From: Escherichia phage slur02
Reading direction: 5' to 3' (one strand)
Sequence record: NC_028927.1
DNA: 64,000 nt
Notes under the pieces: generated by a model
Databases searched by the model: none
Told to the model about the DNA's origin: nothing
The model's input: the letters and a program-made list of their open reading frames with translations, nothing else
Translations under genes and position numbers: made by a program
In this document: positions 57,013-64,000 of the stretch, in pieces
How the letters are laid out: each line of letters starts with the position of its first letter
How positions within the stretch are numbered: the stretch's first letter is position 1

Positions 57013-57039
57013 GGGAGCCTTCGGGTTCCCTTTTTCTTT
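57013..57039 (+). terminator. terminator after gene 35
   Basis: GGGAGCC-UUCG-GGUUCCC hairpin followed by UUUUUCUUU. Confidence 0.7.
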
Positions 57040-57046
57040 ATAAATA
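57039..57046 (+). promoter_or_regulatory. late promoter for gene 36
   Basis: Exact TATAAATA immediately after the gene 35 terminator. Confidence 0.6.
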
Positions 57047-57069
57047 CTATTAAAATAAAGGGGCATACA

Positions 57070-57732
57070 ATGGCTGATTTAAAAGTAGGTTCAACAACTG
57101 GAGGCTCTGTCATTTGGCATCAAGGAAATTTTCCATTGAATCCAGCCGGTGACGATGTACTCTATAAATCATTTAAAATATATTCAGAATATAATAAACC
57201 ACAAGCTGCTGATAACGATTTCGTTTCTAAAGCTAATGGTGGTACTTACGCCGCGACCGTTCGATTTAATGGAGGAGTACATGTTCCTACTATAGGTAGT
57301 AGTCAACAGTGCGGTGTTTATCCAGGTAACGGTGATGCAGCTACTTTTGCTATGGCAAATATTGACATCGTTTCATGGAATGGTATTGGTTTTAAATCAT
57401 CACAAGGTTCAGCAGACCGAACTGTTGTAATTAATGCACGTAATGGTGATATTAGTACAAAAGGCGTTGTGACAGCAGTAGGTCAAATAAGAAGTAATGC
57501 AGTTTCTCCTGTATCAGCAAATGACCTTACTAGAAAGGACTATGTTGATGGAGCAATAAATACTGTTACGGCAAATGCGAACTCTAGAGTGTTACGATCT
57601 GGCGACACTATGACGGGTAACTTAACCGCACCAAACTTTTTCTCGCAGAATCCCGCATCTCAACCTTCACATGTTCCACGATTTGACCAAATCGTAATTA
57701 AGGATTCTGTTCAAGATTTCGGCTATTATTAA
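57070..57732 (+). CDS. 36: long tail fibre distal connector gp36
   Basis: 220 aa. Confidence 0.9.
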   Translation: MADLKVGSTTGGSVIWHQGNFPLNPAGDDVLYKSFKIYSEYNKPQAADNDFVSKANGGTYAATVRFNGGVHVPTIGSSQQCGVYPGNGDAATFAMANIDIVSWNGIGFKSSQGSADRTVVINARNGDISTKGVVTAVGQIRSNAVSPVSANDLTRKDYVDGAINTVTANANSRVLRSGDTMTGNLTAPNFFSQNPASQPSHVPRFDQIVIKDSVQDFGYY

Positions 57733-57740
57733 GAGGACTT

Positions 57741-60700
57741 ATGGCTACTTTAAAACAAATACAATTTAAAAGAAGCAAAACCGCAGGTGCACGTCCTGCT
57801 GCTTCAGTATTAGCCGAAGGTGAATTGGCTATAAACTTAAAAGATAGAACAATTTTTACTAAAGATGATTCAGGAAATATCATCGATCTAGGTATTGCTA
57901 AAGGCGGTCAAATTGATGGAAATGTAACTATCAATGGTCTTTTGAGGTTAAACGGTGATTATGTACAAACAGGTGGAATGACCGTAAATGGACCTATTGG
58001 TTCTACTGATGGCGTAACTGCAAAAGTTTTCAGATCTACACAGGGTTCATTTTATGCAAGAGCAACAAACGATACTGCAAATGCCCATCTTTGGTTTGAA
58101 AATACAAATGGCTCAGAACGTGGCGTTTTATATTCAAAACCGCAGTCTGAAAATGAAGGCGTAATTACAATGCGTGTTCGTCAAGGAACCGCTGCGGGAG
58201 CTCAAAATTCAGAATTTCATTTCATTTCTACTGATGGAGGTATCTTCCAGGCACGTAAGTTAACTGCTTTAACTTCTATTAGTACACCAACTATTAGTGT
58301 TAATTTAATTAATCATGATTCTAAATCATTTGGACAATACGATTCACAATCTTTGGTTAACTATGTTTATCCTGGAACCGGTGAAACAAATGGTGTAAAC
58401 TATCTTCGTAAAGTTCGCGCTAAGTCCGGTGGTACAATTTATCATGAAATTGTTACTGCCCAAACAGGCCTGGCTGATGAAGTTTCTTGGTGGACTGGTA
58501 ATACACCATTATTTAAACTATACGGTATTCGTAACGACGGTAGAATGATTATCCGCAATAGTTTGGCCATTGGTACTGTGACACAAGGGTTTCCGTCAAG
58601 TGATTATGGCAATGTTGGGGCACTAGGAAATATATTTCTTGCTTTAGGTGATAATGGAACTGGTCTAGTTTATAGAAAAACCGGGGTATTTGATTTCGTT
58701 GGTTCTGGTTTATCTTTGGCATCTATTACTCCTGATAGTTTCCGTAGTACCCGTAAAGCAATTTTTGGTCGTTCCGAGGACCAAGGTACAACATGGATTA
58801 TGCCTGGCACTAATGCTGCTTTCTTGTCTGTTCAAACACAAGCTGATGAAAACACTGCTGGAGATGGTCAAACCCATATTGGATATAATTCTGGCGGAAA
58901 AATGAACCACTATTTCCGTGGTAAAGGCAAGACTAATATTAATACTCAAGAAGGCATGGAAGTTAATCCGGGTATTTTGAAATTGGTAACTGGCTCTAAT
59001 AACGTACAGTTTTATGCTGACGGAACAGTATCTTCAATACAAAGAATTAAATTTGATAACGGATTAGTTCTTACTGGTGCTAGACCCGACGGTATTCAAC
59101 TTGACGCTCCTACAACAACAGATGGCACTAAAACTATATTGTGGGCCGGCGGTACTCGCCCAGGTCAGAATAAAAGTTATCTATCTATCAAAGCATGGGG
59201 TAACGCCTTTAACACATCTGGCGATCGCGCTCGTGAATCAGTTTTTGAAGTAGCTGATGGACAAGGTTATTATTTTTATGCGCAGCGTGTAGCTCCTGCG
59301 GCAGGTTCAACAACTGGAGTAGTTCAATTCAGAATTGCTGGAGCATTATTAACTGGTGGGGGTATTACATCATCTGGTTCTATTGTTACTGAATCAAGTT
59401 TAGTTGCCAATAATGGCATGTCAGTAAATGGTCAGGCTAAATTTGGCGGAACAGCAAACGCATTGAGAATTTGGAACGCCGAATATGGCGCTATTTTCCG
59501 TCGTTCAGAAAGTAACTTTTATATTATTCCAACCAATCAAAATGAAGGCGAAAGTGGAGACATTCACAGCTCTTTAAGACCTGTTAGAATAGGATTAAGC
59601 GATGGCATGGTTGGGTTAGGAAGAGATTCTTTTATAGTAGATCAAAATAATGCTTTAACTACTATAAACAGTAACTCTCGCATTAATGCCAACTTTAGAA
59701 TGCAATTGGGGCAGTCGACATATATTGATGCAGAATGCACTGATGCCGTTCGTCCAGCCGGTGCAGGTTCATTTGCTTCGCAAAATAATGAAAACGTCCG
59801 TGCTCCGTTCTATATGAATATTAATCGCACAGATACAAGTACTTACGTTCCAATTGTTAAACAGAGATACGTACAAAATAATAGTTGCTATTCTATTGGT
59901 ACTTTAATTAATGGCGGTAATTTTAGAGTTCATTATCATGAAGGTGGTGATGGCGGTTCAACTGGTGCGATTATAAAGGATTTAGGCTGGGAATTTAACA
60001 AAAATGGTGATTTTTACTCTCCTGGTAAATTAGGTGCTGGAAATATTCGTATCGGAACAGACGGTAATATTACCGGTGGTTCTGGTAACTTTGCTAACCT
60101 AAATACGACTTTAAACCGTAAAGTAACTACCGGCTGGATTAACTATTCTTCTGTAAGCGGTTGGTATAAATTGGCAACAGTAACTATGCCTCAAGGTGTA
60201 GCTACGGTCCAATTTAAAATAACAGGCGGTTCCGGTTTTAACGTTGGTATTTTCGAACAAGCAACAATTAATGAAATTGTATTACGTTCTGGTAATAATA
60301 CACCTAAAGGAATTAACGGTGTTTTGTGGCAACGTGAAACAGATGCTATTAAAGATATTGCGTATATTAATACCTCAGGCGATGAGTATGATGTTTATAT
60401 TAGTTGTGGCACTTATTTAAATAGACTTACCATAGAATATAGCACTTCAGAAAATGCTTCTGTGGTAGTTCATGGATTATATGGGCCTACGCAATCACCG
60501 GTAGAAGAGCTTCCTGTAGATATTGTTAAAGGTCGTGTTTTTAAACTTCTTAATAATAGCTCAGGCGTTTTTGACGCGGGTAGTTCTAATATTTCTACAA
60601 ATGCAACTTTTGTGGCAAATACTACTATAGGATACCGTCACAAATCTAACGGCGACGAAAGTGGCTCTGCAGCTGCTCTGTTTTATAATGATGGTACTAC

Positions 60701-61562
60701 GTTCCACATATTATTAACAGATAAAAATACCGATACTGATAAAACTAAAGCCTCGGGTTCTTATAATAGCTTGAGACCTTTTTCTATCAATATCGCTTCA
60801 GGTAAAGTAACTATTTCAAACTCTATGAGCGTTTCTGGGGTATCAGAGTTTTATAATGGCCTTAACATCAAAAATAATGGAAGCATTAACTTTGATAAGT
60901 CTGGTGCTAACCCGAGAAATATGAGAATATTTCATGCTGGCGATGCTTCTCGCGGTAACCGCATTGAAATTGCAGATGAAACTAACTATATTGCTTACTT
61001 TGAAAAAACTCCAGGTGGAGCTAACCGCTTTGTAGTAAATAATGCTACTGTAGCTGGTGTTAATCAAATGAATTCATTTGGTATTAACATCAATAACGCG
61101 CTTGGTGGAAATAGTATAGCATTTGGTGATAATGACACAGGTATTAAGCAAAACGGCGATGGATTATTAGACATTTATGCGAATGGTGTGCAAACGTTCC
61201 GTTTTCAAAACGGTGATTTGTACTCATATAAAAATATAAATGCCCCAAACGTTTATATTCGTTCTGATATTCGCTTAAAATCTAATTTCAAACCTATCGA
61301 AAATGCACTTGATAAAGTTGAAAAACTCAATGGTGTCATTTATGATAAAGCTGAATACATCGGTGGAGAGGCAATTGAAACTGAAGCGGGTATTGTAGCT
61401 CAAACGTTACAAGACGTTTTACCAGAAGCCGTCCGTGAAACAGAAGACAGCAAGGGTAATAAAATACTCACTGTTTCTTCTCAAGCCCAGATTGCTCTTC
61501 TGGTTGAAGCTGTGAAAACGCTTTCTTCTCGTGTAAAAGAACTTGAATCTAAACTTATGTAA
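57741..61562 (+). CDS. 37: long tail fibre distal subunit gp37 (T2/T6-like long form)
   Basis: 1273 aa; conserved N-terminus ([16 protein letters not shown]); C-terminal region resembles an intramolecular chaperone domain. Confidence 0.95.
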   Translation: MATLKQIQFKRSKTAGARPAASVLAEGELAINLKDRTIFTKDDSGNIIDLGIAKGGQIDGNVTINGLLRLNGDYVQTGGMTVNGPIGSTDGVTAKVFRSTQGSFYARATNDTANAHLWFENTNGSERGVLYSKPQSENEGVITMRVRQGTAAGAQNSEFHFISTDGGIFQARKLTALTSISTPTISVNLINHDSKSFGQYDSQSLVNYVYPGTGETNGVNYLRKVRAKSGGTIYHEIVTAQTGLADEVSWWTGNTPLFKLYGIRNDGRMIIRNSLAIGTVTQGFPSSDYGNVGALGNIFLALGDNGTGLVYRKTGVFDFVGSGLSLASITPDSFRSTRKAIFGRSEDQGTTWIMPGTNAAFLSVQTQADENTAGDGQTHIGYNSGGKMNHYFRGKGKTNINTQEGMEVNPGILKLVTGSNNVQFYADGTVSSIQRIKFDNGLVLTGARPDGIQLDAPTTTDGTKTILWAGGTRPGQNKSYLSIKAWGNAFNTSGDRARESVFEVADGQGYYFYAQRVAPAAGSTTGVVQFRIAGALLTGGGITSSGSIVTESSLVANNGMSVNGQAKFGGTANALRIWNAEYGAIFRRSESNFYIIPTNQNEGESGDIHSSLRPVRIGLSDGMVGLGRDSFIVDQNNALTTINSNSRINANFRMQLGQSTYIDAECTDAVRPAGAGSFASQNNENVRAPFYMNINRTDTSTYVPIVKQRYVQNNSCYSIGTLINGGNFRVHYHEGGDGGSTGAIIKDLGWEFNKNGDFYSPGKLGAGNIRIGTDGNITGGSGNFANLNTTLNRKVTTGWINYSSVSGWYKLATVTMPQGVATVQFKITGGSGFNVGIFEQATINEIVLRSGNNTPKGINGVLWQRETDAIKDIAYINTSGDEYDVYISCGTYLNRLTIEYSTSENASVVVHGLYGPTQSPVEELPVDIVKGRVFKLLNNSSGVFDAGSSNISTNATFVANTTIGYRHKSNGDESGSAAALFYNDGTTFHILLTDKNTDTDKTKASGSYNSLRPFSINIASGKVTISNSMSVSGVSEFYNGLNIKNNGSINFDKSGANPRNMRIFHAGDASRGNRIEIADETNYIAYFEKTPGGANRFVVNNATVAGVNQMNSFGININNALGGNSIAFGDNDTGIKQNGDGLLDIYANGVQTFRFQNGDLYSYKNINAPNVYIRSDIRLKSNFKPIENALDKVEKLNGVIYDKAEYIGGEAIETEAGIVAQTLQDVLPEAVRETEDSKGNKILTVSSQAQIALLVEAVKTLSSRVKELESKLM

Positions 61563-61564
61563 AA

Positions 61565-61590
61565 GAGGGCTTCGGCCCTCTAAGGATTTT
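61565..61590 (+). terminator. hairpin between genes 37 and 38 (partial terminator or attenuator)
   Basis: GAGGGC-UUCG-GCCCUC hairpin; the U-run is separated from it by the SD of gene 38. Confidence 0.45.
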
Positions 61591-61592
61591 TA

Positions 61593-62378
61593 ATGGCAAT
61601 TGTAGGTGTTCCTGGCTGGATTGGTGAATCTGCCGTGAATGAAACTGGACAACGTTGGATGGATGCTGCAATGAGAGCAGTCCGTGTTTCAGTTCCCGGT
61701 TGGATGAGCTCAATGGCCGGACAATCTAAAGAAGTATATTATAGCATTGGTGCTAGTAATTCTTATAATAAAGATACATTAATAAACTGGATAAAAGCCC
61801 AAGGCAGTACTCCTGTTGTTATTACTATTACAGGAAATATTGTTTCTCAATCTACTGGTGTTCCATGCTTAGATTTTCCTAGCTCATTAACTAATGCATA
61901 CGTGACACTTAATATCAATTCAGGCGTGCATGTTTGGGGCCGTGGCGGGAATGGCGGAAATAACTCTGCCGGTGGAGCAGGAGGAACTGCAATAAATAAT
62001 GGAATTGGAACTAGATTGCGTATTAACAACAATGGTGTTATCGCAGGAGGCGGTGGAGGCGGTGGAGGCGGATATTATTCTCCTTTTTCACAAATGAAAT
62101 TGACTTTTGGCGGTGGCGGCGGTCGTCCATTTGGTGCTGCTGGCGGGTCTGCTAATATGGAACAGGGCGCTACTGCTGGTACTATTTCTGCACCTGGTAA
62201 AGGGTCTGTCAATGGTATCTATAATGGCGGGAATGGCGGTGATGCTGGTGCCGCAGGTGGTAAATGTAATATTCGTGGGCAAGGATCAGAATATAACGGC
62301 GGTGCGGCCGGTAAAGCTGTTACTGGTAATGCTCCAACTTGGACTAAGGTTGGTACAATATATGGTTCAAGAGTATAA
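61593..62378 (+). CDS. 38: gp38 receptor-binding adhesin (T2-type, glycine-rich motifs)
   Basis: 261 aa with several poly-Gly runs (GGGGGGGGG, GGGGG) separated by variable segments. Confidence 0.9.
   Translation: MAIVGVPGWIGESAVNETGQRWMDAAMRAVRVSVPGWMSSMAGQSKEVYYSIGASNSYNKDTLINWIKAQGSTPVVITITGNIVSQSTGVPCLDFPSSLTNAYVTLNINSGVHVWGRGGNGGNNSAGGAGGTAINNGIGTRLRINNNGVIAGGGGGGGGGYYSPFSQMKLTFGGGGGRPFGAAGGSANMEQGATAGTISAPGKGSVNGIYNGGNGGDAGAAGGKCNIRGQGSEYNGGAAGKAVTGNAPTWTKVGTIYGSRV
62046..62072 (+). repeat. three tandem copies of a 9-nt unit (GGAGGCGGT x2, GGAGGCGGA) encoding the poly-Gly run in gp38
   Basis: Direct reading of the sequence at 62046-62072. Confidence 0.8.
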
Positions 62379-62410
62379 TTTTTGAATAAATATCCTTAAA
62401 AGGAGGGTCT

Positions 62411-63067
62411 ATGGCAGCACCTAGAATATCATTTTCGCCCTCTGATATTCTATTTGGTGTTCTAGATCGCTTGTTCAAAGATAACGCTACCGGGAAAGTT
62501 CTTGCTTCCCGGGTAGCTGTCGTAATTCTTTTATTTATGATGGCGATTGTTTGGTATAGGGGAGATAGTTTCTTTGAGTACTATAAGCAATCAAAGTATG
62601 AAACATACAGTGAAATTATTGAAAAGGAAAGAAATGCACGCTTTGAATCTGTCGCCCTGGAACAACTCCAGATAGTTCATATATCATCTGAGGCAGACTT
62701 TAGTGCGGTGTATTCTTTCCGCCCTAAAAACTTAAACTATTTTGTTGATATTATAGCATACGAAGGAAGATTACCTTCAACAATAACTGAAAAATCACTT
62801 GGAGGATATCCTGTTGATAAAACTATGGATGAATATATAGTTCATTTAAATGGACGTCATTATTATTCTGACTCAAAATTTGCTTTTTTACCAACTAAAA
62901 AGCCTACTCCCGAAATAAACTACATGTACAGTTGTCCATATTTTAATTTGGATAATATCTATGCTGGAACGATAACCATGTACTGGTATAGAAATGATCA
63001 TATAAGTAATGACCGCCTTGAATCAATATGCGCTCAGGCGGCCAGAATATTAGGAAGGGCTAAATAA
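62411..63067 (+). CDS. t: holin T
   Basis: 218 aa; N-terminal transmembrane segment (VAVVILLFMMAIVWY) and large periplasmic domain; follows gene 38. Confidence 0.9.
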   Translation: MAAPRISFSPSDILFGVLDRLFKDNATGKVLASRVAVVILLFMMAIVWYRGDSFFEYYKQSKYETYSEIIEKERNARFESVALEQLQIVHISSEADFSAVYSFRPKNLNYFVDIIAYEGRLPSTITEKSLGGYPVDKTMDEYIVHLNGRHYYSDSKFAFLPTKKPTPEINYMYSCPYFNLDNIYAGTITMYWYRNDHISNDRLESICAQAARILGRAK

Positions 63068-63340
63068 TTATTTGTTCGTATACATCTCTAGATATCGATA
63101 TACACCCTCAAAACCCTCGTTGAATTCGTCGATGAGGGTTTTCTTATCTTCTTGAGTTAATTCAGAAACAATTTTACGGAATGAATTCTGATTTAATTTT
63201 CTACCTTCATGCGTTACTCCAATCTCATTCAGAAATGCAATAAAATTAGCACGATTCTCAACAATATCTTCTCTGGAAAATTTAATCAAAATAGACGCAA
63301 CAGTAATAATTTCACGAACTGTATCAATGTTTTTATTCAT
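63068..63340 (-). CDS. asiA: anti-sigma70 factor AsiA
   Basis: 90 aa (MNKNIDTVREIITVASILIKF...). Confidence 0.9.
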   Translation of the reverse strand: MNKNIDTVREIITVASILIKFSREDIVENRANFIAFLNEIGVTHEGRKLNQNSFRKIVSELTQEDKKTLIDEFNEGFEGVYRYLEMYTNK

Positions 63341-63352
63341 TAACTATACCAC

Positions 63353-63505
63353 TCAATTAGTTGACTTTGTTATAATATCATCAGACGCTTGATTTGTAAA
63401 CTGGTCTGTGTTATTTTCTTCAAAAATTTTTTCTACGAATTCCTTGAACGACTTACGTTCCTGAGCTACATTATGCTCGATTACTTTTTCAAGATTATGA
63501 CTCAT
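63353..63505 (-). CDS. hypothetical 50-aa protein between arn and asiA
   Basis: Hand-translated MSHNLEKVIEHNVAQERKSFKEF...; ATGA overlap with arn stop; below track threshold. Confidence 0.45.
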   Translation of the reverse strand: MSHNLEKVIEHNVAQERKSFKEFVEKIFEENNTDQFTNQASDDIITKSTN

Positions 63506-63780
63506 TCGAAATAATCTTCAATTTCATAATCATGGACGTAAATCATTATAGTTTTTAATACATCATCAATACTTTTTCCTGGAGCTGGAATTACGTAGAA
63601 ATATCCTGCTTTTGAGAGGTCTTTATAAGTTCCAATCAAGAAATCATTATTCTCAAGATGTAGTTCTTCAACTAATTCATTAACAATTGAATGGTATAGG
63701 TTTGGTAGAAACTTATATAGCTTTTCTAGAATATCAATTTTGATTGTGTATTGAACCACGGATTGAGAATCAATAATCAT
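63502..63780 (-). CDS. arn: Arn, anti-restriction (McrBC inhibitor) protein
   Basis: 92 aa acidic protein in the T4 arn position next to asiA. Confidence 0.8.
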   Translation of the reverse strand: MIIDSQSVVQYTIKIDILEKLYKFLPNLYHSIVNELVEELHLENNDFLIGTYKDLSKAGYFYVIPAPGKSIDDVLKTIMIYVHDYEIEDYFE

Positions 63781-64000
63781 AGACCTTCCCCTTATGTTTC
63801 TGTTTGCGATTAGATTCTTTAAACGCTTTCTTCTTATCCTTATGAACAGAAGCTTTATTAAAATTATGTTTTGCGACTAAATTGTTCATAGTGCTGAATT
63901 ACCTCTCTTAAACATTTGCATGTGAATGAGAACTTTTTAGCTACACCACATTCAAATATATGTTCTCTTAAATCACGCGTATCAGTATATCCCATCTCAA

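Noticed and set aside
62041-62290. Glycine-codon repeats in gp38 and the hoc repeats considered as a possible CRISPR or satellite array
   Set aside because: The repeats are in-frame coding repeats without spacer-repeat architecture; no CRISPR array is present anywhere in the window.
63781-64000. Overlapping minus-strand reading frames at the window end (a 39-aa basic peptide and a partial ORF running off the window)
   Set aside because: Too short or truncated to call confidently; probably small arn-motA interval genes, but not supportable from this fragment.

Overview
This window is a contiguous segment of a T-even (T4-like) myovirus genome, densely packed and almost fully syntenic with the T4 map from the 3' end of tail sheath gene 18 to arn. 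In order it carries head genes 19-24, rnlB, hoc, inh, a GIY-YIG seg endonuclease, uvsW/uvsY, baseplate genes 25-54, two alt-like ADP-ribosyltransferase genes, DNA ligase 30, the 30.x small-ORF cluster, rIII, 31, cd, pseT, a spanin pair, alc, rnlA, denA, nrdB, mobE, nrdA, td, frd, 32, 59, 33, dsbA, rnh, tail fibre genes 34-38, holin t, asiA and arn. Gene calls rest on recognisable protein motifs and T4 gene order, recalled from memory; no database search was run. Several features are T2/T6-like rather than T4-like: a long gp37, a glycine-rich gp38 adhesin, and uninterrupted td and nrdB. I found no tRNA, rRNA, CRISPR array, integrase or transposase, and I do not see a clearly foreign, undescribed multi-gene system. 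The points most worth follow-up are the tandem alt paralogs, an internal tandem domain duplication in hoc, an extra ORF between frd and td, a 9-nt triplicated repeat in the gp38 poly-Gly region, and two near-identical promoter-leader elements 16 kb apart.
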